From assembly GCA_002633005.1 (NCBI GenBank), contig NMRA01000794.1, positions 58,224 to 122,223 on the forward strand: 64,000 bases of DNA, in the 5' to 3' direction. The notes under the pieces were generated by a model. The model saw nothing but the letters and a program-made list of their open reading frames with translations, ran no database searches and was not told the origin of the DNA. Shown in pieces: positions 52,501 through 63,586 of the stretch (positions are counted from its first letter, which is position 1; each line of letters opens with the position of its first letter). The position numbers and the translations under genes are program-made. The DNA is from Phoronis australis. Its lineage: Eukaryota; Animalia; Phoronida.

Positions 52501-52990
52501 TAACATCATGTAACCTTAAGCCCTCTTTGAGTTTGTTTTTGTGTTTGTGTTTGTATTTGTCATCTAAAGTGGACGGATTTCAGTGGAAAACTTCAATGCA
52601 TGTGCGTGTGACGGTAGTCGAGTGAGTACCCATGATGCACGAGTGAGCTGTCACTCACTTTTGCGATCATTCTTTAAGGAATGAAACATTGAAGTAGTTT
52701 TGCTGAACGAACATTAGATGAGCTAAAGTTCAATGCGAAATCATTGCTCTCCGCCATGATAGGATGCGTGTAAAAATCATTACGGTTGTCTCAAGAAACC
52801 TTTTTATCCGACCCTTCTTAAAGAAATTATGACTCTTACAGTTTCAAAACAAAAATTATAAACAAAATGTGTAACACTGTACCGTCTTCTGTTCCGTTCT
52901 GCTTAGGCTTCAAGTGTATGAAGCAGAAGTAGCCGTAGCACTCTCCTGTATTACAGTCATGGCCGTCACATCGCAGACATTTCATCAGCT
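30475..52990 (-). CDS. Animal heme peroxidase (peroxidase-cyclooxygenase superfamily; peroxinectin/ovoperoxidase/chorion-peroxidase-like) with N-terminal three-finger domain; 16 exons, about 840 aa excluding the leader
   Basis: All 16 exons have AG/GT ends and chain in compatible phases with no stop (2522 nt = 2 + 840 codons including TAG). Motifs: [69 protein letters not shown]. Confidence 0.92.
31700..32050 (-). mobile_element. Highly degraded Gypsy RT-connection/RNase H-like remnant
   Basis: Minus strand fragments [16 protein letters not shown] and TPVAAES resemble L.YYD.....DAS and PVAFAS; very decayed. Confidence 0.3.
32413..32518 (-). CDS. Peroxidase exon
   Basis: [35 protein letters not shown]; phase 1->2. 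Confidence 0.92.
32612..32747. repeat. (ATT)n imperfect microsatellite
   Basis: Visible trinucleotide run in an intron. Confidence 0.95.
32845..33014 (-). CDS. Peroxidase exon
   Basis: [46 protein letters not shown]; phase 2->1. Confidence 0.95.
34641..34746 (-). CDS. Peroxidase exon
   Basis: [34 protein letters not shown]; phase 1->2. Confidence 0.88.
35028..35145 (-). CDS. Peroxidase exon ([14 protein letters not shown])
   Basis: [39 protein letters not shown]; phase 0->1. Confidence 0.95.
36874..37123 (-). CDS. Peroxidase exon with proximal His
   Basis: [26 protein letters not shown]...; phase 2->0. Confidence 0.95.
37511..37763 (-). CDS. Peroxidase exon with distal Arg and heme-linking Glu
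   Basis: [26 protein letters not shown]...[31 protein letters not shown]; phase 1->2. Confidence 0.96.
38383..38680. mobile_element. Composite MITE in peroxidase intron (outer element with a nested second MITE)
   Basis: Inverted ends CGTGGGCGGCGCACTA / TGGTGCGCCGCCCATG; internal GGATCC-type MITE at ~38422-38571. Confidence 0.45.
38730..38939 (-). CDS. Peroxidase exon with Ca-binding loop
   Basis: [29 protein letters not shown]...[15 protein letters not shown]; phase 1->1. Confidence 0.95.
39700..39815 (-). CDS. Peroxidase exon
   Basis: [38 protein letters not shown]; phase 2->1. Confidence 0.95.
40422..40575. repeat. (GT)n microsatellite
   Basis: Long GT run; source of the spurious CVCV/HTHT ORFs. 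Confidence 0.97.
40766..40847 (-). CDS. Peroxidase exon
   Basis: [26 protein letters not shown]; phase 1->2, supplies the CC motif and bridges the flanking exon phases. Confidence 0.85.
41785..42025. repeat. CTG/TTG-rich low-complexity trinucleotide tract
   Basis: Degenerate (GCT)n/(GTT)n in an intron. Confidence 0.8.
42063..42242 (-). CDS. Peroxidase exon with distal His
   Basis: [21 protein letters not shown]...[20 protein letters not shown]; phase 1->1. Confidence 0.96.
42611..42843 (-). CDS. Peroxidase exon (start of catalytic domain)
   Basis: ...[42 protein letters not shown]; phase 2->1. Confidence 0.95.
43341..43473 (-). CDS. Peroxidase pro-region exon
   Basis: [43 protein letters not shown]; phase 1->2. 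Confidence 0.85.
46193..46351 (-). CDS. Peroxidase pro-region exon (helical)
   Basis: [52 protein letters not shown]; tttttcAG / GTgagt, phase 1->1. Confidence 0.82.
47440..49015. repeat. Complex ~100-115-bp satellite-like array with dimeric higher-order structure
   Basis: About a dozen copies of the core ATTTCAACTAATTCAACTATTCCCACTAATCGCTGCACCACCTG; inverted remnants near 48690-48770 and 48970-49015. Confidence 0.85.
49263..49427 (-). CDS. Three-finger (LU-like) domain exon, C-terminal half, spliced to the peroxidase
   Basis: cAG / GTaagt, phase 1->1; [54 protein letters not shown] (RGC and C.C....LCN hallmarks); no stop before the donor. Confidence 0.82.
50460..50698. mobile_element. MITE family with CATGCGCGCACCCAG termini, copy 3
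   Basis: CATGCGCGCACCCAG ... CGGGGTGCGTACATG; body is the reverse complement of copy 1. A partial end lies at ~51810-51867. Confidence 0.7.
52883..52990 (-). CDS. Three-finger (LU-like) domain exon, N-terminal half
   Basis: ccttcAG / GTacag, phase 1->1; [35 protein letters not shown] (KC..C....C....C....C). Confidence 0.8.
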
Positions 52991-53161
52991 CTGAAGGCAC
53001 AAGAAACCCTTTAACGTGCTGAGCAAGACATCACTGCAATGTCTTCGCAAATATACAGTACATCAACGTGAGGACATGCCAAAATGGACAATAGATCTTA
53101 TGCCCCACACAAACATTTCCCAAAATCAAATCAAAGTCACTAATTGTGCAGAGGTCTATTG

Positions 53162-53249
53162 TCTCTGAGAAAACACAGATATCTGTTAGATACTGACACT
53201 GGTTCTCTGAGAAAACACAGATATATGTTAGATACTGACACTGGTTCTC
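53162..53249. repeat. ~42-bp tandem duplication
   Basis: TCTCTGAGAAAACACAGATAT.TGTTAGATACTGACACTGGT twice. Confidence 0.85.
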
Positions 53250-56200
53250 TAGTTATTTCTAGACAGTGTTGCCCCCATAATGACTATGTTGAATTTTTTC
53301 TCAGCAAGTGTGAAGTAGAACCTGATCATTAAATTTTGGCCTGAATAATGAAACGGAGGCCAGAAGGCGAGTTTATTGTATCCTTCACCTAAAGTTTGAC
53401 TTTTCCAGAATCTTAAGTGTTCTTTGGCTAACTCTATTCTGCATCTGTTTTAAGTGCTAACTCGCCCTGTTGCACTGCTCATAGAGATACACGGACACTC
53501 GTAGCCTGACCCTTCCCTCGATATTTAGTACCAGATAGGTATGGAATAGGATTTCAAACCTTCCCATCGCAGGTGCAGATCCACGAAAACTCGTACATTT
53601 AGCCCGATCCTTCCCATTCCCAGCGTAGGTATTCACCCACTAACTGTTAATGGAAATCGTCCTCGTCGCCAATGCTATAAACAATTTCTCCGCCACTCTC
53701 GAGTCATCACTGTGTCTGTGTTATAGGTCGCCGACTCCAGCCATTTTCAAGCTACTACAAACTAAACGATACCTACACCCAGCCTATCTGAATTTTCTAA
53801 CCACCTAGCTTGTCATAGAATACTCGTTGATGGGATGTGGTGATGACAATTTTCGGAAACCAGCACGAAAACAGCAGTAGACTCAAACGCAGAAGAACAA
53901 AATGACGGGAAATTCTTAGCCCCCTAAACGTCACTTCCGGAGTAGGACGAGACTAATTAAAAAATTATGGGACTCCATAATTAAACATATGTCTGGGATA
54001 GCCAATCCAATATTTTTACTAAAAAGGACATGGAAAACGTATGTCTTGTACTTTAAAGATATAGAACTGATAATGCTGAAACACAGACATCAATGACGAA
54101 GACGGAGATAATGGTGAGCAGACTTAGAAGTGACAATTCATGTAATGAATACTACAGCAATAACGATCAATCCTGTTGTGATACGCGAATGGAGAGGCCG
54201 TTCTTTGACAGGTGATGTCCACCGAGGCAAGGACTGTGTAAAGAATGGCCTCAGCATATACGTTACGATCTTTCAGTTAATGGTGACGATTTCATAGCGA
54301 TGATGATAAAGAACTTTTCATGTCACTTGCCATACACTGATCACTACATCGATTAAACGAGGTTGGTAGTCAATTTTGAGGGTCGATAAGAAGATGACTC
54401 GGGCTAATGGGTGCAAATTAAAACGAAAATGCTTTTATCAGAGCGTCGGTAATAAAATGATGATGGCAATGATGATGCCAATGATGTTGATGATGATGGC
54501 AATGATGAAGACAATGGCAAATGTGTTGGTGATATTTTTTCCGCAGCGAAGGCGATGTCACATCCGTCACAAGTGCTTTACTCCTTGGAACCATACATGT
54601 ACAGTTCAATATCCGCTTACACACACACACGCATAAAACTGCGCATCACACTTTTCATAGAATACTCAGATTTAATAAACTCTTACTGTGGACTAAGCTG
54701 TCGCCACTAACGAGTGAAACGAGCACCAAGGTTGCCAAAATAATGGCACGCATGACCTCTTCTTCTAACTTGTCGAACTTCGAACGAGTTTCCTATGTAC
54801 TGTATCTTTACTGTCCTTAACACGAAGTAAATACGCAACTCATCTTGAGGTTGAAAATACCACGTACATGTATGTTCGTAGAAAGCAGGTGCAGAGTCCC
54901 CCTGGTGATCAAACAGCGGGACATTTGAAGGAGGCGTCATACAAATGCGGATATTGCTATCTTGATGGACAAAAAATAATGCATTCCCGACATGGACTTC
55001 TGTGATACAACCACTTCTGTGACAGTTATTGAAAATGTCCGTTTCGACTGACATATCCTGACGTCAAATTTGCTTTGCTTACAAATACACAACTCAAAAC
55101 ATAACGAACTGACGTATTCTGTTTGTATCAACAGTGACCATCCACCAAATGAACAATGTGATTCGTCTCCAAAGGGTTCTGATGTTTGCTATTACATGCA
55201 CCTTTTCTACTGGAGCTGAAGACCCAAAACGTTTCATCAAACTATACAATTCTATTGCGCATGAACGAGAAATAACGTCACCTCTCAACCATATTTTTGG
55301 CTATGGTGTTAATTCCGCTTACCATGTACTCCTTAGGGCAGCATATGGTGGATCGGGGGAAGCGTAGTTGTTGAGGGCGGTTATTTTCAGCATCTACTAC
55401 AGACGTCTGCATTCGTATCTGTGAGATATTTTAAATTCTACTAGGGCATTTCCACAGACATTATTTTAGGCCTACCGTTTTTCATTGGACGAAAAGAAAC
55501 GCGAATCAGGAAAACAGATGGGACGCACCATAAACGCGAACAGTCAAACCTTCAAAATTAGCATGAATTAATAACATGAAATTGAAAGTATGCAAAATGC
55601 AAAATTCACCCTCCCCCTCCCTATTAAAAACATTTAACCAAAATGTCCATGCCAGCTTCGGGCGAAGCAGCGTGTACATTTTTAGGAACCCGTCAATAGC
55701 GACAAGTGAGTGATGATTGATTGAATTTCACTTAATTGTAAATGCACCGAAAAGCCACAGGCAGTCGCACACTGTATTACATCGGTCAAGGGCGACAATA
55801 ACATAAATTATGTTCACAGTGTATCATCAATTCAGAATAGACTGTGTGTGTGTAAACCATATTCTGTAACCAATCAGGAGATACCGGAAGAACACGTGCA
55901 ATCACTACGTCAAGTTACTTATTTGTATTCTAATGTTTAATTTATTGATGTCGGACACCAATCAAATTATTATGAACCATTACTTCACGTACATGTATGT
56001 CAAACAGGAATCGATTAATGGCAGATTCGAATTCGGTTCGACTTGTGATGAACTTCTAAAGGTATAAATACAGCATTGTTATCAGCTGGCGTCAGCGATT
56101 CAATTATTTCTGCAAATTGAGTAATTCCGTAGGAATATTGTTAGATAATGGTTTCATTTGTGCTCTTGCACTTAACCTAGCGCCACCTAGTCTGAGTTGT

Positions 56201-57992
56201 TTTTAACTAGATATTCTCTTCCCTGATATTTTTCCGGTAAACAAGATGGCTTGTGTACAGATGTGTTTCTTTCTAATCCATATCAGTCACATTACAAAAT
56301 GCTCCACTGAAACCAATATAAAACAGACATATTTTTGGTAAGTCTGCTACCGTATGCGGCAGAATCACTAACCAATTCCGCAAGTATGTTGTGTTGTATT
56401 TTTGTCATTTCTTGAAGGTTTCCAACCCATATCCCCAGTAAGAGCCTGATTCGGACAAAATCTAGTTTAATGAAATGAACTTTCAGGTGTTAAAACACCT
56501 ATAAAAAACGCATTGCCCTAATTCTAATGGTTTCAGGGGTCAGAAATTCTCTGAAACCCAAAATATCCAATGCTTAGCCTTGAATTGGATCTACACAAGA
56601 ATTAAACAATGCTGTGAAATTGTTAAATTCTGTATTGCTGTGTGCATGTTGATGAACCACTGTTTTAGTAATGTCACGTCTAGTCCCCCTCATGCAGGAT
56701 AATTACTAATACACAACAGTAGCAAATTTTAACATGTAACAAACCTCTATTTTCAAGTTTCAAATGACATTTGAGATCAACAATTTGGATAACATCGAAA
56801 CTCTGGAGGATAATGCTGCAGTAAAATAATCAGTCGCTCTCTTCTTGTTGGTCATAGTATGTAACGTACCAGTGTGATTGGTCATCCTGTGTGACGCGCC
56901 AGTGTGATTGGTCAAACTATGTGACGTGCCATTGTGAACGAAGCAATGCGTGTTCTTGGTTTTCTATCGAGTAAAAAGAGCACTATGCTGTCTGTGGCCC
57001 TGTTCTCGAGTTTTATTCAGGACTTTTTGCAATGGTACCGCAAGTGGAGAAAGGGACAACACATATTCACGCTAGGGACTTTATCTCGGCACAGGCAGTC
57101 GCCGCCAGGAAATGGAAAAAAGTGTCTGAACGGCACTACTAGGGTATGATATCAGTCAGTAGAAGATGCCACGTGTAATAAACGGTTTCACAAATGCACC
57201 AAATATGGCAATAAACACAACTCTGTCTGTTCACAAATGATTGCTGTAGTATAAGACCCCTACGGGCAGTTGGCTGATATAATGGCTGGATATTGCATCC
57301 CTTTTCATCAGACGAGCCCCTCATTACAGTATGCAAAATGAATACGCACCTAAATAAAAATCTTGTATTGGAGCCTCTTGAGAAGTAGAATTTAGTGTCC
57401 TTGACTACGTTCAATAACAAGGACTAACCAAAGTTACAAACCATCAAAAATACTGTAATTTAAATCCAGGAATCGCAACTCAAGTCTTTCCCGAGTCGGG
57501 TTCTGATATAGGGCGGCGATCCGCCGGTCTGTCTGCCTCCTATAAAACTTAACATCGCTATTCATGAATACATCCCTTGAGATATGCTTGGGGGTGTGTT
57601 TTGTGTCTAAGTTTCGTGTTTGATGACGGTGAATTAAGGTAGGGGACCATAGGTGGTTAATTCCTACTTTTCTGGTGTCGTTAACACAATGTCTAAAATG
57701 GGTTAAGACTTCTTGAGCTAGTTAAAAATTCAAGTAATGATCGAGCTAGAGCTGTTTCGTTTCATATCTGTTTTATTTCCAGAAATGTGAAGGATGTCTA
57801 AGGTGACAATTTGAAGTCACCATAGTTGATCATCGCTGACTGATTTAGACTAGAAGGTTTTGTTCAGGTTTAAAGACGTAATTTCGTTAACGCCGTGCTT
57901 ATTGAATGGACATTATATATTTGAGCATGAGCTTCGCATGACCTAACTTACGTTAAAATAAAGCGCAAATAATATCTCCAACGCACGCTTAC

Positions 57993-58071
57993 CATTGCTA
58001 TTTAGAGAGCCAACCACATGTATGAAGGTGCAAACGAACACGCGTAGCAGAGGTAAGGGCCAGAGCAGAAT
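57993..58071 (-). CDS. Candidate signal-peptide exon of the three-finger peroxidase
   Basis: tttttcaatcAG / GTaagc; ILLWPLPLLRVFVCTFIHVVGSLNSN is hydrophobic and ends in phase 1 as required; ATG exon not established. Confidence 0.35.
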
Positions 58072-61000
58072 CTGATTGAAAAATATGAAACCTTACCCAA
58101 TGCGTTCACAGCTGAAGTGTTGCCTGGCTTCAGGTTTTTTGTGTATACCTTGTGGTCCCATAACATGCAAGATATCTGTAATTTATTCCGTGGACGACTA
58201 CGACAAGCGTTCCCAAGGGTACTATGTCAGCAGTTGATACATTGTACTTGTACTTTTGCGACAATGAAAATCGAAGATATGAGACTGAGTGTTCCAATTG
58301 GAGAATTAAACACATTTTTTGGAGTTGGCAAAGTCACTAAAATAGGGATGTGTTTTTTATCAGTTTTCGCAAAGTTTTGTTTTTGGGATAATTGTCTGAC
58401 AAATATCCCATTTTGCGTGTTCTAATGTGCTTTTCTAATTGTAATACAGTAGGTAGGCGAGAACACTCGTCAAAATAAAAGTGTACATCACCTGCAGTAT
58501 AAGGTCGGCCAACAGGTCATAACTGCACTACTGTGCGCAGCGCTGTCTCGCGGTAGGCGGTAGGTCGTCGCAGCATTTATTGTTGTCAATTCATAGTTTT
58601 AGTACGCATCAAGCCAATCAAATAATAAAACCAATTTATTTCAACAATCTCCACTTCTAGACCACCAAAATTGTTTTAAAAAGGAATTTCAGTAGTCAGA
58701 AACGGTATGCAATTTTCTGCCACAAGGCGGAGATGTTTGAAAATTCCAGATTTTGGTTTCTACATGTACACCTGTAAATGTCTGCCTACATGTACGCTTG
58801 GATATAGTATATACATGTAGATCATTTACATGTGAAGAACCTCGCTAAATTATTGTGGCAAGGAATGTGTCTCATGAGCATTGACTTAACTCTACAGACA
58901 GAAATTTAGTCTTGCGATGGTTCTAAAAATAAGTAACTCTCATTTAAGCAAAAGTGAGGTCTCTTGAAATGTACGCCTAACTGTTCGTTACAGAGACATT
59001 TCTATCAATATAATTTCAGACTGCTATGCACTTTGTTCACCAATTGTAGAGTGAGAGTACTGATGAATTGTCCCAAAGTTTTGATGGATTTAAAGACATA
59101 GACACACGAAAACAATTGCTTTTCAAAACAAATAATAGCATTGTGTCAATCTGTTGCACAGGGCAGTTCTTGTCCGCACAGCTTGGTTAATGAGAAAAGT
59201 CCAGCAGTAATGACCTTATCCAACTTCAGCCGAGTCAATTCTGAGAACAGGCATATGTGGTTACATAACCGTCTGTGATGTCAGACCAGAGAGAGAGAGC
59301 TGTGTATTGCAATGGCTACAAGCAGTCAACCCTCCAAAATTTTGCTTGCTTCATCTGAGAATTTCTTTCAACTCGATTTGTTGGCATAACTTAATTGTTT
59401 TTCGCCAAGGAGATGTAAAGGCCAGTGTATCACAGAAGATAAAGCCTAATACAAAATATTGCAGTTTTCATTTTTTCATTTTCAGCAGTGAGTAAAAAGG
59501 GTGTCACCTTTTAATTTAACCACGTATGTAATTGAAATTTGAGTGGAGGTGGCGATCTCAATGACAGAATTACAAGAACACTTGAAATGGAAGTTTTCTG
59601 AACTTAGGTTTTCAAATTTATGTGCTAATCTATTGAAATAATAATAAACCCCAGGCATCAAGACATTTTACCTGAAGATGCCAGTGAACACATATTATTT
59701 CAGCCTTTTATTACGGCAAGTTAATGCTATCATGCTTGGGTCATAGAAATCAAAGACCAAATCAGAGGACGATTATGATTTAATCCACAGTTCAAATTAA
59801 AATCAAGTACTTTCAGTCGGAATTGGTTTCTACTCTGAAAGACTTTCAAGGTAGTTGATGGTTACCGCTACGTAAGTCACAACTGAACTAATCTCAGTAC
59901 AGTAAATTTTTTACGTGAGCCAAAATGATCTAATCTTTTACCAAAATGAGTAACTTAGAATGCACAGCACTTTAGAACATTTAAGCATTACAAAGGTTAT
60001 CCAAAAAGTGGATGTGCTTAACTATTACCATGGCGACCAGGTGTTTCCTTACACTTGAATTCGACAAGCAGGATTTGAAAAAATAAGAAATTGCATGGAA
60101 AAAGGTTTGAAGGCTGGAAACTTCACAATTCAACATATCATATTACTCTAATTAAGAGCCTTTGCCTTGATAAGGTGAATTTAGAAAGCAAAAAGTTACA
60201 AGCATATATTAGAAAAATATAATTATGTTGTGACGCGTAATCAAACTTTGAAGCGCAAATTGACATTCCAAGAAAAAATTATTTCAAAACTTTCGATTAT
60301 TTTTAAGCTCAGTGTATAGTCAACTGAATGGGATATTCACACTACAATAATTAGAGTGTTCCTTCTATTTTTCCACAAAAACATAACCATTGTGCAAAGC
60401 TACATTTTATAGCAGCTTTCATCATAATATATCAAAGTTAAGTCTCCACCAAGTACAAAATAGCCGACTAAACATGCCCTTCAGTTTAGCAGAAGTCGCC
60501 ATGTTGTCGGTGCCGCCGGAAATGAGACTAAATCCAACGGGAATTGTGAGCACTTTTATCACTCAATAAGTAACATCTGCTTGGATGAAATCCAATGAAA
60601 ACTATTGAAACCCTCAGAATAGTACGTAAAGATCTTTCTCACTAAATTTCGGCGCAAATTATTGGTGAAAATAATTGATACACTGTTTTAAACTCGTAAC
60701 TTATGCCGTTGTTTTCCAAGATGGCCGACTCGATCCAAATACATATACATGTATATGACCAAAATTTCGCCACCGAAATTGCAATAAATGTGCACTGCTT
60801 AACCAGATTTTGATAATTTTTCAATTTTTATTGAGTGGGATGCATTGTCTTGGTTGGACAGCCCTACTCTTACTACTCTTACTGTTTTTTCAGTCCAGCT
60901 AGGGATCCACTAGTCTAAAATTCAATGGATTGCAACGACAGGTAACGAGCATCAAGCTATTCAGCACATCCACGTACAAACACGTATCGGTATGTTGCAA

Positions 61001-61197
61001 AACCTGTAGTTCAAAAGAAAAGCAATCTACTGTCTATTTCTAGCACTAATCCTGTCCGACAGTTTCCGTCGATGCTATCCGTCGTCAGTTTTGAATGTTA
61101 GGTTGTCAATACTAGCCCAAGGCCCTCTAGCTTCTGAAAAGCGACGGCATGCACCGTTTCGAATACTTTTTAAAAACTCACTCATCCTGGTTAGCAA

Positions 61198-61407
61198 CTA
61201 TACTCGGATCACAGGCTGTCGTTCTAGAAGCAGTCCATACAAATTATGTTCGCTACATACTACCAAATACGGCCTCGCTTCACTCGACGTGGACTTTGCA
61301 CAGTCTTCCCACTTACGACGCAGTCTTGGATCAGTGGGAAACTTGTGCAAAGATACCTCAGCCCTTGGTGTATTGCCACAACCTCCAACTACAAAACGGT
61401 CAAGCAT
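61198..61407 (-). pseudogene. Degraded THAP-domain ORF (DNA-transposon derived)
   Basis: MLDRFVVGGCGNTPRAEVSLHKFPTDPRLRRKWE...LVVCSEH; first Cys mutated to Phe, early stop. Confidence 0.75.
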
Positions 61408-61854
61408 TCTTCTTCAAATATTTACTCCAGTTGAAATCTAAAAATTCGTCTTCATTTGAAAAAATTACTCCTCTTGGCTCACAGCAATGGACACCGTGGA
61501 CTCAGTCAGGCTGACTCTGCAATTATCGGGTCACTATTAACTACTGTAAAATGTTTATGGTAATACACAAGACAATGTGCATATCTGTCACATTTCAGAG
61601 AATTAATGGGAAGAAAATGCATTATAAATCGATTCTAACAAACATAAAGATTCCATTTGTGCCAGATAGTTACAATGCAAAACTATGGACAGACTCGGCA
61701 GTGATCTGGTCAGGTTCCTGATGTGACGTGTTCCGAAGATAGCCGAAGTTGAAAATTTGCCGTTCTCGAAGCTTTGTGGGGAAGTGGGAACATGTTTTAA
61801 ACGAATAACAGAAGAATATGGGGTATGAAATAAAAAGAAATGTGGTTTATAAGC

Positions 61855-63586
61855 AAACTTTATTAACAGTCAGCACATGTGTGTACATATTAACTACAAC
61901 TAAATACTGTAGCTGTGAACCAACCTCTTTAAACGTGAAGGAACGGACAATTGTGTCTGACATTTAATAGCAGAGAAACAAATGTTATGCCGCCTTAAGT
62001 TGAAGTTGCTAACCATGAAGTTGACGCAAAATATTGAATAAAATATGAAGGAATAATTATAATTGTTTTACTTTCATCGAGTGTTGTCTTTCACAAATTT
62101 TGAAAGTTGTTGTATCAGAAGTACAAATGTTGAACTTTGGCTTCATAACACAATTAACACAATTAACAAGACTAATTTACAATGATACATGTACGTGCTC
62201 AGCTCTTAGAAGTCGACCAGCTGGACAGTACAGAGCATGACTCACCAAACAAGTTTGTTCGTATTTCTGTCTGGCATCCAATGGTCTGCTTATTTCCTTC
62301 TTTCTACCGTAGTTTAAATTTGGAATATATTTTATGTGACTACGTGACGGTAATTATTTCATTGCTCTATTTTGAATTTCTTTCAGAATGCTTTCTGGAA
62401 CCAGCCCATACACCCTGAGTTTTTCAGTAATATGGTTTGAGATCTGAAATATTTATATACTCGTCTAATAAGTTTAAAATACGACTAAATGAGTTTTCTG
62501 GTTTATCCATGATCATGACGGTGTAGTTGTAAGTTGGAAGATTTCCATTTGGTGAGCATTGTTGCTTTCGATACCTTTAATATAATTGTTAAATCTTGTC
62601 ACCAATACCATTATTTCTAAGCAAAGCTAAAGCAAACACGGAGACACGGGATCTCCTTGCTTACAACCCCTAGAGGTCTCAAAAGACTTTAAGGATATTC
62701 CATTGTGTAACACACATGCTAGCAAACCCTGAAGTAGACTATGTGTCTACTCATGTACACTGTATACCTTCTCCAATGTTAAAAAGTGTTAATGCATTAT
62801 CGAGAAGTTTCCATAAAAAGGAATAAATGCTTTTTCAAATTCGACCAGCGTAAGAACACAAGAGACCTTATTCTCTTCTGCATGTTGTATAATATCACAA
62901 ATGGAATTTGGATTTCCCCCAATATATCATCCCGCAAAAAACTTATCTCCTCATGAATCGGATAGTCCAGAACAGATTTCATTCAACCAGCTATAGAAGC
63001 AGACAAAAGTTTATAACTAATATGTAATAAAGTAACGGGTCTCTATTTTCTAAGAATTCACAGGATTATCAACCTTAAGCAACACTTTGATAACCCCGTA
63101 TAGCTGATTCGATGACCGCTGACCACTGATAAAGTACATGTACGCTGTATATTGAGAAGACCACGAGACAAAGTGCAATGCGCCGTTTCAAATTAATTTG
63201 TAAAATTTAACCGTAAACCCATCGCTGCCGGGGCTTTTCCCATTTTTCCTATAAAATAAAGAATGCGTAATTTTTCCTAATTGTACTTTCCCTGCTAAAT
63301 CCCGGATTCTGGAAATTTGATAGTACTGATATCGAATACTTACCAAACCATTCTTTTAAAATTTCACCTTGAAGTTCGTCACCGCAGGAGCTTAATGCTA
63401 CATGAAAGTAATCATTTTGAAATATTTTCAGTCCCTTTGGGATTCAAGTAAACGTTGTTTTTAAATTTGCTTCAAAATCTTTCTTTAGAATTTCTTGTGT
63501 GTGTTTTTTGGTTTTCTAAATGTGCTGATCTCTTCACCCTGTCCTTCTTTTTGTCAACACCATATAGGATTAGCATAATTATATTG
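61855..63586 (-). mobile_element. Degraded Tx1/L1-clade LINE ORF2 (RT)
   Basis: KSPGSDGFTVKFYK, YIGGN...ICDII...LTLVEFEKAF, CVLHNG....F...RGCKQGDPVSP; many stops. 3' boundary approximate. Confidence 0.8.

Noticed and set aside
55134-55367. Plus-strand ORF with a signal-peptide-like start
   Set aside because: No recognisable domain or linked exons; likely a chance ORF.
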